In this document: piece by piece, positions 47,640 to 63,089 of the stretch
Layout: each line of letters begins with the position of its first letter
Position numbering within the stretch: the first letter of the stretch is position 1
DNA from: Scyliorhinus canicula
Lineage: Eukaryota
Direction of reading: 5' to 3'
DNA: 64,000 nt
NCBI RefSeq assembly: GCF_902713615.1
Contig: NC_052152.1
Coordinates: forward strand, 85,821,228 to 85,885,227
Program-made: the position numbers and the translations under genes
Notes under the pieces: model-generated
Seen by the model: only the letters and a program-made list of their open reading frames with translations
What the model was told of the DNA's origin: nothing
The model's database searches: none

Positions 47640-48420
47640 TAAACAAAAATCTCTCCCAGTCCATTTTTCCACAAAGGCATTTGCATCCTTCAGAGTGTCA
47701 AAATAATGGTCTTTATCTTCATATGTTACCTGCAAGGGAGTTGGGTGCACCACTCCAAACCTCACCATGCTCTTGTAGTGCGTCGCCTTGGCGCTTGTTG
47801 AACCCTGCTCACCATTTTGCCAGTTCCGCCCCGACAACTTGATAAATTCAGATGGAATGACCCTCCCATATACTCTCTCGCTTGGCTTTCACCTACTTTA
47901 AAATCCATTCCTTGTCTTGATGTCTATGGAGACCGACTATGGCCACCCATGGTGGATCCCCAGATCTGGGCTTTTGTCGCAGTGGCCCGGCCCACGTCAG
48001 GAGGGCTTGCAAAGAACCTCTCCCCACCAATTTCCCGAACATCTTCGCCGTATACTCTTTGGCATTCATATCTTCAATGGCTTCTGGTAGCCCAACAATC
48101 CTCAGGTTCTGGCGCCTGGACCGGTTGTCCTGGTCATCCACTTTGGCCTTCAATACATTTTGGGCCTCCGTCAGTAGCATCACCTCTGCCTCCAAGGAGT
48201 CAATCCGGCCACTGTGGCCTGTGACTGCTTTCCCCATCTCCCGAATCGTCGAGCCCTGCATTTCCAACTGCTGTTCCACCCTTCCCTGGGTCATTCAAAT
48301 GGGTGCCACTGACACCTCAATCACCCTGGACAGGTCCTCCAACATCACCAATCTTTGTTTCTTGAATTCCCCCATGAGGAATTCCACTAACTTCTCTGTT
48401 ATCCATTGGGGGGGGCAACT
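47640..48420 (-). pseudogene. L1-clade ORF1p remnant
   Basis: Coiled coil followed by DQDNRSRRQNLRIVGLPE, DKEWILK and a C-terminal P.LQVTY...YFDT segment. Confidence 0.85.
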
Positions 48421-50145
48421 ATAACACTGTGTGCTCTGTCATATTCTCCTCTTTTACGCCACGAGGGCCTATGCACTTTAATTAACCCACTTCTCTTCCC
48501 AAAACGGCACCCATTAACCGTAACAAAGGGCCAAAATCCAAGTCCCCAAGCAGGAGCCACCTTGTGTGTGACCGCTCATCTCAAAGTCGCCATCGGGGGT
48601 TCCTGAGTCCCCTTACTGAATGGGCGGAAGCGCACACAATGGGGACTGACTGGTGGGACTTCAAAAACCCCTAGTAACCCAGCTGGTCTTCCCGATGGTG
48701 CCGGGTTTGGGCACAGCTTTGTATGCTGCGGCAGAGGCTTCTTTTTGTTACCGGATTAGACCTGAGTTTGTTCAGAGCAAGGTGTTGGCGGAGTTATTAC
48801 ATACATAAAAGAAAGACTTGTATTTGTATTGCACCTTTCACAACTCCCAGACATCCCAAAGCTCTTTCCAGTCAATGAAGTTTAGTCATTGTTCTAATTT
48901 GGAAACATACTACAATCTTGTTGAGATAAGTCATTTCTAAATAATGCATGGTAAAGAATTGCAATGTTTGCATTGCAAAGCATATGCAGCATTAAGATGA
49001 GCGCTAATTGATGAGGTAAAACGATTTTAGATGTAAACTTTAAAAAGACTACACTTTCTCTATTCACTACCTTTTCTGTCTAGTGTTTAATCTATTCAGT
49101 CTGACTCCTGCAAGCTAATTACGTTTCCAATTTTCTCTCTTATCTGTCAGCTTTGTGATCTGAGATTTCTGAAACCTTGTATTCAAAGTATATCTTGTTA
49201 TGAACTGTGATGCAATAAATACACATTAATGCAAGCCCATCCTGCGGCTTGATATGAATTTGATTTTGTCAATAAATGAATAAGCGGAATGGAACTGCTG
49301 AGGCAAACTAACTCACCAATGAGTCAGCACCTTTGGCAGAATTTTAAAGTAAGTGATTTCTTCTGGAAAGGTATCATGGTTTGAGATTCTTTTACAAGTG
49401 ATAGTAAGCCAGCTTTTATATTCTGTGTTTTACCTTTTAAACTACAGGACAACTGGATCTTTCATCCAGCACCCTATCGTACTTTAAATGATGCGATCAA
49501 TGTTTACGCATCCAGTTGTCTTGATGATACCCACCAAGCTGAATTGTCTACACAGTGCCCAGCCTCAATCTTTATTGTAACCCACAGGGCGAAGGTGGGA
49601 GAAAAAGAGTGCCCCCACGGCACAGGCCCACCTGCCGATCGATGGGCCCCGATCGCGGGCCAGGCCACCGTGGGGGCACCCCCCGAGGTCCGATCGCCCC
49701 GCGCCTCCCCCCCCCCCCCCCCCCCCAGCGCCCACCCGCGCCGCCAATCCCGCCGGTCAGGTAGGTGTTTTGATTCCCGCCGGCGGGAGACGCTTGTCAG
49801 CGGCGGGACTTCGGCCCATCGGGGGCTGGAGAATCGCCGCAGGGGGCCCGCCGACCAGCGCGGCGCGATTCCCGCCCCCGCCAAATCTTGGGTGGCAGAG
49901 AATTCGGGACACGGCGGGGGTGCGATTGACGCTGGCCCCGGGCAATTCTCCGACCCAGCGGGGGGTCGGAGAATTCATAGAATTTACAGTGCAGAAGGAG
50001 GCCATTCCCGCCCCAGGTGTTATAGGGAGAACGTAGGAGAATGGAGATGAGGAACATGTCAGCCATGATCGAATGGCAGAGCAGAGTTGATGGGCCAAAT
50101 GGCCTATTTCTACTCTTATATCTTATGATGGTGACTGAAGACAAT

Positions 50146-50990
50146 GGGCGGAATTAGCCAAAATCGGGGCGTGCGATCGGGCGAAGAATCGCCCCCGATG
50201 CCGAAATCGTGGCAGGCACCGGTTTGACACTGAATCGCGATGCTCCATTTCCCAAAAACGGCGTCAACGTGACTCACGCCGTGCATAGCTGAAACACCGT
50301 TTGCATATCATTAGTGGGTCCACCCGCTAATCTCCGCCACCGATGGGCCGAGTTCCCGACGGCGCGGTCCACGTGTGGTCGCACAAATCATGAACTTGGC
50401 GTGGTGGCTGCTGAGAGAGAGAGAGCGCGTTTGGACAGTGTCCAGCGCTGCCATACTTCACCGACAGCCGTGCTGCTGGCCAGGGGGCTTCTGCCAGGGC
50501 TGGGGGGAGTAGTGAGAGGTGGGCTGTGGGGTGGGGTGGACAGTATGCAGCACCATTATCGCAGCTGGCAAGGCAGCCATGCAGCCACACATGCCGCTGA
50601 CAGCCCACTTTAAACCTGGTGCTCTGGGTTGCATAGGTGACCCTTCCCAGAGCACCCCCCCTGAGTGCCCTCTGGCTCCAGTCGATCCATCAGTTGTATG
50701 GGCGCTCCAGCAGAACCTGTCCCATCTTTTCGGTGTGTGTGGAGGGGGGGGGGGGGTGGCGCTGTATTGGTTAAGTGAGCTGCAGCTTGTCAGCCTTGAG
50801 AGTGTCCATCTGGACCTGTCGATTTCCTCACCGTTTTTCGTGCATTTCAGTGGTGTTCCATGTGGTGCCGGTGCTAGCCTCTCACTGGTGGCAGAATCGG
50901 TGAAGGTTTGGTTCAGATGTTTCTGATGTGACAGTCCATGGATTCTCCGTTGGCTTCAGCAATTAGACTCAGCAATGGAGAATCCAGCCC
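50146..50990. mobile_element. GC-rich Harbinger-type MITE
   Basis: GGGCGGAATT ... GAGAATCCAGCCC termini. A partial related copy lies at about 49580-49975. Confidence 0.6.
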
Positions 50991-52162
50991 AACAACTTCA
51001 GTCCTCACAATATTTAGTTGGAGGAACTTTATGCTGGATGTTGGACAAGTGATCTGATCATTTTGAGACAGTGCTGTCATGTGAAAACTGAATTCTGTTT
51101 TTGGATAATGTTGTTGAGGATACAGGAACAAATGCTGAGTAGACCTGGTGCTCTACCTCTTGAGCATAAACATGGGACTCCCTTTATTATGTTGTGATGG
51201 GATCTGTGGTTCCAAAGCTTGTGTATATTTACTCAAACCCCATAACTGAAAGGGAAACTGAACCTCGGGGTTTCTGGAGTAACTGTAATGGAAATGTCAT
51301 GTTTCCAGGGAAACTGAGGCTCATTAAGACCAGATAAAGGCACAGAGCCATTTGAGCTCAAATCACCCAGTGGTGCAGTTGGAAAAGGTGAATAGGAAGG
51401 CTGGATCTGAGAATGAAGATAAGGAAAAGTAAAGTTTCTGCTACTGCTCCAATTATTTTTAACTATTGGACTTTAACCTGGACTTCTTACTGTGCTCACC
51501 CCAGTCCAATGCCGGCATCTCCACATCATGGTTATTTTTAAGGGAATTGATCGACCAGAAAGGCCAACAGTCCACAAGGCTGATATTGAGAGTCCAGATT
51601 TAAGGTGCTACGAAGAATTTTGTGGGCAGACGTGAGGAGGATCTGCAGACATGCACCATTTTGTGAAGACTGTGCCTATGGAACTTGGGTTGGTTACATG
51701 CTGCAGTTGACAAAGGATTGGAGAAAGTTCATACCTTTGAAGCAATTTGTGGTTGAAAACAGTGCTATGTCTGCCAAGTGGACTGCCTAGCAAATCTGTG
51801 AGATCTATCTTTATTGTATCCGCTATTTAATGTGTAATTTAGTTTCTATTGACCACAATTTGTTAATTTTGGTTAAATTGTTAAAGGTAAATGTTATAAA
51901 AGGTCTTGCCCATTCATATTATTGTTGGAGTTGTTTGGTAGATTCAGCTCTTTTGATTTGTTGGTCCCCATAGGGATTATAACAATGTAAAGATAACCAA
52001 ATGCAAAGCAAAATTGGCTTGGTTGACATAATTCCCCGTGACTGACTCAAATGAAGACACAATAATATTTGATGTTTTAAGATTTTTACTGCAATGAAGA
52101 AACCAACATTGAATAAACATTACTCAGTAGACAACTAATGCACTAAACTACAGAAAATATAA

Positions 52163-52834
52163 AGGGCGGGATTCGCCGCTACCCGACGGCAAAATCGTGT
52201 TCGGCGATCGGGCAGAGAATGGGCTCCGACGCCGAAATCAGGGCCAACGCCGGTTTGTTGCCGGTCAGCCATGCTACGCCCCCTCGGAAATGCTATCACC
52301 ATGTCGCGCACCACGTGCCATTGCAATGGCGTTGGCGAGTCATCGGCCAGCCCTCCCGCGATACTCCAGCCCCAGTGGGCTGAGTTCCCAATGGCACGGG
52401 ACATATCGTCTCGGCTGTGCAGGAACCCGGCATGGCGGCTGCGTAGTGTGTCCAGAGCTGCCACACTCAGCCGGGATCTGTGCCGCTGGCCGGGGGGGGC
52501 TTCTGTGAGAGCTGGGGGGGGGGGGGGGGGCTGGTGGGGGTGGCCAGGGTGAGGGCTGTGTTGTCGTGGATGGTGGAGTGGGTCCACGCATGGTCGGCAC
52601 CATGTTGTACAGCGCGACCGCTGAAGATCATCAGCCGTGCACATGCGTGGCCCGGGACACGGCAATTCTCTGGCCGTTTTCGGCACGGGAGGCGGGAGTT
52701 TCACCTAGCTCCAGCGCTAGACCCTCACCAGTCCCAGAATCGGTGAGGGGTTGGTGCCGATCGTTTTGGTCAGAAAAGACCACACATGCTCCGCTGACGC
52801 CAGTTCCTAGCCGCTGAAACTGAAAATCCAGCCC
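52163..52834. mobile_element. GC-rich Harbinger-type MITE
   Basis: GGGCGGGATT ... AATCCAGCCC termini. Confidence 0.6.
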
Positions 52835-53139
52835 ATGCTTCCTTAATTTCCGAAAATGACTGTAAATGCCTTGTCACATCTATATTTAAACCCACTCGCC
52901 ACAGAATTGTAGTTTTACAGGAACCAGTCGAAAATTACTTCCAGCTTCCAATAGGCTTACTTCTCCCTGTTCCATTGATTTCTAACCACCAATTTCCATT
53001 GAAAGTTGTTTCCCTCGGTCTTCTGAGAATTCCCGAACCAACTTCCAGCCTTTAAATCTGATAATCCTGGACAAAATTAACCACTGCTTGGGCCAGGGTG
53101 GATTAATTAAGGAATTTTTAAGGAGTTAAGAAAGGATTT

Positions 53140-54510
53140 AATTAAGGAGTTTTTAAAAGCAAATTGTCCTTAACTCATTTGATTGAATTTTTTGATGAGA
53201 CAACCGAGAGGGTTGATGAGGGTACTGCAGTTAATGGAGTGTATTTGGAGTTTCCAAGGTGGTTGGTAAAGTCTCACATGATAGACTTGTCAGTAAAGTT
53301 GAGACTTGTGATAAAATGGGACAGTGACAGCATGCATATGAAGTTGCATGAGTGACAGGAAACATAACAGTGGTAAACACTTGTCTTCCAAACTGTAAGG
53401 TATACAGTGAGCTTCCACTGATCGTGAGCTTCTACTTGACATACATTAATGAACTAGACATGGGTGGATAGGACACAATTTCAAAATTTGCAGCAAGTAC
53501 TGAGAGCTGTGAGGAGGATCGCAATAGATTTCAAGGGGAAATGAACAGATTGGTGGAACGACTGGACACGTCGCAGATGAAATTAAATGCAGAGAAACGT
53601 GGTGATACATTTTGCTAGGAAGTGTGAGGATAGGCAATGTAACCTGAAGATACAATTCTCAAGGGTGTAGAGGAACAGAGAGACTTGGGGATATATGAGC
53701 ACAAATCACTGACAGCATCAGGGCAGGTTGAGAAAGTGGTTAAAAACCCATTTGTATCCTGACCTCTATAAATCGAGGCATAGAGTACAACACTCGTTCA
53801 ACCTCAAAGGGTCCAATTGTGGCACCACACTTCAGGAAGGATGTGCAGCTTTTCCTTTGCCGGTGTAATCACAAACCAGAGCACACAAATTTAAGATGAT
53901 TGACAAAAGAACTAAAGGTAACATTGGAAATCATTTTTTCATGTTGCGAGTGGTTAGGATCTGGAATGCACTACCTGGGAATGTGCTGGAGGCAGATTCG
54001 GTTGAAGCTTTCAAAAATAAAATTGGTGTCAGGAGCTAGGCCCAGTGGGGATCAAGGTGTTTGTGTTATAACGAAAGGTTGAGCAGGTTGGACCTATGCT
54101 CCTTGAAGTTTAGCGGAATGAGAGATGAAATTATTGAAAGATGTAAGATTATGAAGGGACTTGGTTGTGTAGCTGCTGAGAATATGTTTCCTCTCATGGG
54201 GAAACCTAGAACTAGGGGACATGGTTTAAAAATCAGGAGTGTCCCATTTAAGATGAGACGAAGAGGACTTTCTTCCCTCAGATGGTTGCTGTTCTGTGGA
54301 ATTCTCCTCCCCAGAGAGCTGGAGGTTGGGTCATTGAATATGTTTAAGGTTGAGTTAGACAGACGTTTGATCAACATGGGAGTGCAAAGTCAAGGGTTAT
54401 GTGGATCAGACAGGAAAATGAAGTGAAGGCTACAACCAGTTCAACTATGACCTTATTGAATGTTGTCACAGGCTCAAGGTTCCAACTGCTAGGTTCCTAC
54501 TCCTGCTTCT
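53140..54510 (+). mobile_element. Old CR1 LINE fragments
   Basis: SLTHLIEFFDETTERVDEGTAVNGVYLEF; ERLSRL..PRTRGHGLKIR; CR1 3' UTR. Confidence 0.8.
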
Positions 54511-55984
54511 AGTACTTATTTTCTTATAAGCAGTTGAAAATGCTTTGCAATATTATGAAAAAAAGGTGAGTGAATGGGACCAGCTGAATTGCTCTTGCAG
54601 CGAATCGTTGTAGGTGCAATTGATCTAATGACCTCCTTCTATGCAGCAATCAGTCTATGATTCCATAATTCTACAATAATTCTATAATAAGCTTGTTAAC
54701 TACTGTAAAGGAAGCTAAAGAAAAATGGTTTCCTTTGAGCTTTACCTATTCCAAATAGATTCTAAAATACAAATCAGATGTGCTTGTCATGATTTTTTTA
54801 ATAAATGCTGGGAAATTGTTTTTTTTTAAATTGCAGTAATACAGAGTGGATTCCTAACCTGCTGAAGAATCTTATTGTTATTTTATAGCTGTCCTTGAAA
54901 AGCTAAATTAGTTTTACATCTACTTCTCACCCATGTGGCAGCATATCTTATTCCTTGAGATCTCTTGTGACTCCTTTAGGTTTTAAGAGGTAATTGAGAC
55001 TGTGGAGTGAGCTATTGATATAAAATGCTTTATGGAGCAGGACAAGTCAATCAAGGAACTCTGTAGTGACTATCACTTCTCTAATCCTTATAGTGTTTAC
55101 TCCGCATACCAATAGGGCTGCTCTTTTTATATGTGTTCTATCTGCACATTATCCTCTGCAGAATGATACGCTTAAGTATTGTACATGTGGGCTTACAAAT
55201 TGTGTATTATGAAATTTGTTTCATGTAATTTCAGCACTTGACTCACTTTTTCTAATGAGCAGCAAAAAATTTACCCGCTGAGAGATTTTGATTGGCCCAG
55301 TGAATATTTGCGGTGGCTTTCATCCGCATGGTAAAATAAATTGGTGTCCCTCGATGGTTCAGTCAATTTGTCTTGTTTGTGTAGCTGAGCCACTGACAGC
55401 AGGAAGCTGCATTCAGTCAAGGCGGCTGCAAGGGCTGTGAAGGTGGAAAACCAGTCACACTTCCCTCCTAGTTTGCTGTCTGCCAAATGTAGCTGCAAGG
55501 TAGAGTCTACTAATTTAGAACTAATACTGTCGACTTTCTCATGGACAATTGTCAGTTTTGTGCCATCAGCTTACTTGGAAAGATTCTGCAATATTTTAGT
55601 TCTTGTCCATTGCATCTTCTTGCCCAGCTCATTTCCAGACGTGTGTTCATCACGTGGAGAAAATTTAAGACTTCCTATTTTCTATTTCATGCTGACGGGA
55701 CACAGTTTAGATTGGCGAAACTGGCAAAATGCAAATCAAATGTAAAGGCCTGAATGGCTCTGAAGCAAACCATCAGCCCTGGATTAGGGCTCCAATTACA
55801 ACTGAATTTTTGTGCAAAGTGAAATTACTCGACACCAATGTTGTAACGTGAATACACTCTTATTTGGGCGAACAGATAAGTGTAGTTCATAAGCATTATC
55901 TGGATGACAGGATGAGAGTTGTCTATCTGTGCCACCTGTAAGGCCCTGTGTTAAAATTTGTTGGATAAATGGTCCAACAAGCCT

Positions 55985-57270
55985 CTTATGGTCTCAAGGA
56001 ACAACACCTCACCTATCGATTAGGCACTTTACAACCTTTTGGAGTCAACATTGAGTTTAACAATTTCAGATCATTACCCCGGTCTCTATTTTATTTCCTT
56101 TGTTCTTTGCAGGTTTGGTTATAATTCACTTTCTTTGCTTTAAGACAATCTTTTGTTTCTTTATTTGTCCCATTACCACTCCTTGTGTCCTTGCACTACC
56201 AATCATTTTGTTATTTAATCACTACTGCCTGACATCCTATAAGGACCTTCCCATTTGTTTTGTGTACCAAGCCACCTCCCCTTTTATTTGCTTGAAAGTT
56301 ATTACGCTGGATTCTCCCAAAATGGGACTATGTCCCTACGCATGCAAAAACGCTGGAGTTTTACTCTAGAGATTCCTGCAAAAAAGTACAGCTAATTCAA
56401 TGCCCTGCAGGGGCTAGCAAGGACCTGGAGTAATTCACACAGCTTTAGCTGCGATACGGGCTCCCGCGCTTCCAGTTTTGAGTCTGCACATGCGCATGGC
56501 GGCGGCCTCCAGCAGCCGCGCCGAGCTCCATGGCAGACTCGGACCGCGGAGGCAGACAGAAAAGTTAGATCCCTCCGCGATCGGCCACACACCCGAGCAT
56601 CTGACCGCATGGATCTAACCCCCGGCCACCAATAAGACCCCCCCCCCGGTGTCCAATCCCCCCGCCCCCCCACCAGGGCCACCGCAGACTGAGTCCACAG
56701 CCGCCAAGCCAGCATCCCAACTGGCAATACCAGGTTAGTTCGATGCCATTGGGAGCTCGGCCGGTCAGGAGCGGAAGATCGCTGGGCTGGTCTCTGTCAA
56801 TGGCTACTCTGCGGTCACGCCGATTCTCGGTCTTGAAGAATTGCTGGACCGGGGCCGGGCCCGGGCCCGATGTTGCTGTTAAATTGGATTCTCCGCCCCC
56901 ACCGAATGCGATTTTGGCACGGGGCTGCGGCGAATCCAACCCATTGTATTTCTAACTTTTCCCAGTTCTGGTGAAAGGTCATCAATCCAAAATGTTGGCC
57001 GAGATCCTCCAGCTGTTCCAGCCAACGGGATATTCCAGTTCTGCTGGCAGCACACCCCAGCTCCTGGTTTCCCAGCACTGTGTCATTGATTCAATAAGAA
57101 ATCCCATTTGCAATGGCGGGACCAGAAAATCCCACTGCCAGCCAACAGCAGATGGCTGAGAAACGCGCTGCGGGAAGGTCAGAGGATCTTGCCCGTTAAC
57201 TAGGTTCCTCCCTCCACAATTTCTGCCTGACCTGTGTACTTTGTAGCATTTTCTGTTGATGTTTCAACTT
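55985..57270 (+). mobile_element. Penelope-like element 3' fragment interrupted by MITEs (56306-56942, 56997-57194)
   Basis: EQHLTYRLGTLQPFGVNIEFNNFR resembles the Penelope GIY-YIG C-terminus; downstream TTCTGGTGAAAGGTCATC...AAATGTT repeat motif. Confidence 0.65.
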
Positions 57271-58385
57271 ATTATGAGTATAGGCTTCATGGTAAAAACA
57301 CAGATTTTGGGATATTTGGCAATTCCAATAATGTCACAAGAAATAGATAATGTGAAGAGTGTAAGATTTAATACTGTAGCAGGCAGCAGAGACCGTTTAA
57401 AACTGGGGTAAGTAACAGATTTTAGATAGCTTAGAAGAAATGTCATTGCAAAGAGATTAAAGAAATTAACAATTCTTGATGGAAAATGTTCCTTTCCCCA
57501 TCACCCTTTGTGTGAATGAACACAAAGCAAGAATTACATTTTTTTCATTCTTTTTGTTACTCACTGGGACACACACCAGATTATAGTGTTAAATTTGTTA
57601 GTGCAGAGGGCTGGGAGAGGGAGTGGGGGCGAGGAGGATCTTGTTGGGGTTTTGAGGTGAAAGGAAGCTGGAACTCTGATACAAAAGCAGAAAATGTTGG
57701 AAGCACGTAATAGTCACCATATCTAGAGTGAATGGACATGAAACGGAGATACTTCATTATTGGATGAAAAGAAGCAGACAGACATTTTAATATTATCTGT
57801 ATTTGTCACTGGTGGTGCGGGCTGCTCTACATTGAGGAAATTAAACAAAGATTAGATTTACAATCACCTCCATTGTGTTCAGAAGTAAAACTCCACTTTA
57901 ATTCCCAATTCCATTCCCATTTAGATCGCTCTTCATTTCTCTCATTGGGCTCGAACGCTCCATTGAAGCTTAAAGTCAGCTTCAGGAACAATATGTCTTC
58001 TTTCTCCTCGCTAATTCACAACCCTATGGTCTTCAGACTTTAGCGCTATTGTAATTTTTCGATCAATTTTAATTTCATACCATGACCCAAAGGTTTTCTG
58101 TTTCTCCTATTTTATTGCAATTTCCCATATTCTTTTTGTTTCTTTAATATCTTAATGCTTCAGTTCATTATGTACTTGAGATGAGCTGTGACATAATTCC
58201 TGCTGATGCATCATCTCTGTCTGCCATAAAAGTATGTGTGAGTGTATATACACAAGTATTTGTGATAATAAACATCTGTAATAATGGGGACCTCAGGAGA
58301 TGGTTGAATATATCATAAACATGAGCATAAAAATGTATAATGGTGGTGGGTTAATATACAGGAAGGAGGTGGGAATAGTATACAG

Positions 58386-59613
<1,228 letters not shown>

Positions 59614-60611
59614 GTTTACAGGAAGGAAGGGGGAGGTACTATGCAGGAAGGAGGTGGAGGAATAGTATACAGGAAGTAATGGGGAGGGGGTAGTATACAG
59701 GAAGAAAGGGGGGTGGTGAATATAGGAAGGAGGTGGGGAGTAGTCTCAAGAAAGGAGGTGGGGTAGTATACAGGAAGGAGGTTGGGGTATAGTATACAGG
59801 AAGGAGGTTGGGGTATAGTATACAGGAAGGAGGGTGGGGTATAGTATACAGGAAGGAGGGTGGGGTATAGTATACAGGAAGGAGGGTGGGGTATAGTATA
59901 CAGGAAGGAGGGTGGGGTATAGTATACAGGAAGGAGGGTGGGGTATAGTATACAGGAAGGAGGGTGGGGTATAGTATACAGGAAGGAGGTGGGGTATAGT
60001 ATACAGGAAGGAGGTGGGGTATAGTATACAGGAAGGAGGTTGGGGTATAGTATACAGGAAGGAGGGTGGGGTATAGTATACAGGAAGGAGGGTGGGGTAT
60101 AGTATACAGGAAGGAGGGTGGGGTATAGTATACAGGAAGGAGGTGGGGTATAGTATACAGGAAGGAGGTGGGGTATAGTATACAGGAAGGAGGGTGGGGT
60201 ATAGTATACAGGAAGGAGGTGGGAAATAGTATACAGGAAGGAGGGTGGGGTATAGTATACAGGATGGAGGGTGGGGTATAGTATACAGGAAGGAGGGTGG
60301 GGTATAGTATACAGGAAGGAGGGTGGGGTATAGTATACAGGAAGGAGGGTGGGGTATAGTATACAGGAAGAAGGTGGGGGAATAGTACACAGGAAGGAGG
60401 GTGGGGTATAGTACACAGGAAGGAGGGTGGGGTATAGTACACAGGAAGGAGGGTGGGGTATAGTATACAGGAAGGAGGGTGGGGTATAGTATACAGGAAG
60501 GAGGGTGGGGTATAGTATACAGGAAGGAGGGTGGGGTATAGTATACAGGAAGGAGGGTGGGGTATAGTATACAGGAAGGAGGTTGGGGAATAGTATACAG
60601 GAAGGAGGGTG
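59614..60611. repeat. G-rich 25-26-bp minisatellite, roughly 35-38 units
   Basis: Unit AGGAAGGAGGGTGGGGTATAGTATAC; degenerate at the left, homogeneous at the right. Confidence 0.97.
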
Positions 60612-60716
60612 TCCTTCCTGTATACAGCATTCCTATATAGAATATAGGAAGTGCGAGCCAATATAAGATTTTTATTTATCTGCGCACACCTGTCAATTTT
60701 TCCGACTATAAATCTT

Positions 60717-61225
60717 GGGGACGATTCTCCGAGCCGCACGCCGGGCCGCCGAATCACCGCAACCACCACCACGATGCCCCGATGCCGGCGCGCGATTCTC
60801 TAAGTTGCGGAGAATCGGCGCCATTTGTGCTGCCGGGTCTGGCGCGGCACCGGCCGCGGGCCACTGGAATCGGCGGGGCCGGCGATTCTCCGGCCCGAAT
60901 GGGCCGATCGGCCGCTCCGATACGACAGAGTCCCGCCGGCACCGTTCATCCCTTGTCGCTGCCAGCAGGAAATCTACGGGAATGGTCGGGGGGCAGCCTG
61001 TGGGGGGGCTCCTTCACCGGGGGGAGGCCTCCGATGGTGTCTGGCCTACGATCGGGGCCCAGCAATCAGCGGGCCGGCCTCTTCCCCCCACGGGCCTACT
61101 TCCTGGCACGGCCGGCCCCTGAACACCGACCCCATGTTGGTCAGGGACGGCACGCAAAAGATGTCCCCTGCGCATGCGTTCATGACGGCGCAAACTCTTG
61201 AGCCCAATATTGGAGAATCATCTCC
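60717..61225. mobile_element. GC-rich Harbinger-type MITE
   Basis: GGGGACGATTCTCC ... GGAGAATCATCTCC termini. Confidence 0.65.
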
Positions 61226-62810
61226 AATGTCTACATCGATTATGAAAACCAACTTGGTAAATGCGTTACACTGGTACAAAAGCACCCTCTACCACCACCA
61301 GTAATTGTAAGGTTAGAATTGCTGTAACGTTTGTTATTTTAACTGTAATATCCAAAGAATAAGGACAATGCATGACTTTAAAATGGAGACTGATCTACAA
61401 TTGCTCAAACTGTTTGAATTGTTGAGTTTTATGCTCAGTTTACATGAAATCTGAGTCCGCTTCTCTAAATCCATTATTTCACTTAATTAGATCAAATTAA
61501 TTTCTTTAGTTGTTGCTACCCTGTCTAATAGTGCATAAAACGATCCCTAAACAGGACTTTTTGTGCCACCTCATTTCACTCACTTAATTCAGAATTCTAC
61601 ACATCTGCATAATTTAAATTCATTCAATAAATTTTAACTGCGATAAATCCTTTTCATTACAGGATTGGCAACATCTTCTATGATCTCTAATAAGATCCTT
61701 TGTATTCCACAGTCTGTCAAATTTGTGGAAAGTTGGCTTTCATTCCTTTTAATGTTTCATAGAATTGGAGATTTTCTTAACTTGTGAGAATTTCAAAATG
61801 AAGTCTGAGCACGCACAGCGTAAATAAAGATCCAGATCAAAAAACCCATGGCATTTTCAAATTGGATTTCAAAACCTGCCATGAGATTTAGAGGGTTTAT
61901 CAAAAAAAGAACATCAATTGTTTGTGGAAATAGGGTGGCTTCTTCAGGTTACTTGTTCACAAACCAGCGCAGAAAATGTGTTGCGTATAATCACCAAAAA
62001 AAAACCCTTCTCGATTGCACTTTATTTAATCTGAGTTCTGAGAGCTCTGGATGGCATTGGAAATAATAACATCTGCTACACATGGTTCTGTGACTAATAA
62101 ATGCCCTTCTCTCCATCTGTACGCTTGATCTCTCTGAATGATATTTACCTAAATTCTTTTCATCCTTTGTGTCGCCTGGAAAAACGATACTGGAATGTAT
62201 AACATTCCTGAATTTATTACCTAGCTTTTAAAAGCGATGTTAGGTTTTGTGCAAACAAACTATGACTCGAAACAGTAAAAGCAGAGTTTTGTTCAAACTG
62301 TTTCTTAGAAAGTCAACATCAAGCTTGAGTTCGTGCAGGGGGGGGGGGGGGGGGGGGGGGAAGCTCGAAGGCAATGGGTGAAATTCTCTGTTAAGGAGAC
62401 CAAGGCCTGAATTCTCCAGTCGTTGTGATTCAGTATTCCCGCTGGCAGCACACCCCCGCTCGCAGGTTTCCTGGTGGGGTGGTGTGGCTTCAATAGGTAA
62501 TCCCATTGACAAGAGGCGGGAAGGTGGAATCCCGCTGTCAGTGAACGGCGCATCACCGAGAAACACATGGCTGGGGAATCTGAGAATTCAGCCTCAAGTG
62601 TTGACGCCAGAACTGAATTTCGTTCGGTAGGCGCTCCCGTTGGGTGCGTTATTTCTGGAGCAATTCAAGACATGCTGATGGGCCAGCACTCTGCCCAAAT
62701 GAATCTAGAGCAATTCTTATTCTCGCCGGGGTCAGATAAACACTCCACTCCACACACAATCTCATTCCATCCAAGAAGTTGGTCCAGAGAAGAGCAACAC
62801 CATGCTTATC

Positions 62811-63088
62811 ATAGAATTTACAGTGCAGAAGCAGGCCATTCAGCACATCGAGTCTGCACTATTCCCGTAACCCCACCTAGCCTTTTTGGTCACTAAGGGA
62901 AATTTATCATGGCCAATCCACCTAACCTGCACATCTTTGGACTGTGGAAGGAAACCGGAAACCAAAACCCAAGCAGACACGGGGAGAACGTGCAGACTCC
63001 ACACAGACAGTGACCCAAGCCGGGAATCGAACCTGGGACCCCGGAGCTGTGAAGCAACTGTGCTAACCACTATGCTACCGTGCTGCCC
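62811..63088 (-). mobile_element. HE1-like SINE
   Basis: Reverse-complement head at 63088, with core and tail. Confidence 0.9.
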
Positions 63089-63089
63089 T

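Noticed and set aside
49504-52817. CpG-island-like GC-rich patches with many overlapping ORFs
   Set aside because: Explained by dispersed TIR-bounded MITE copies, not promoters or genes.
55230-55500. Exon-like segment between TTTCAG and AAG|GTAGAG
   Set aside because: Stops in all three plus frames; could be non-coding conserved DNA, but I cannot support that from sequence alone.
59616-60772. Long ORFs (266-377 aa) of YYTPPSFL repeats
   Set aside because: Translation of a 26-bp minisatellite. The unit is not a multiple of 3 and is open in several frames only because the C-rich strand lacks stops.
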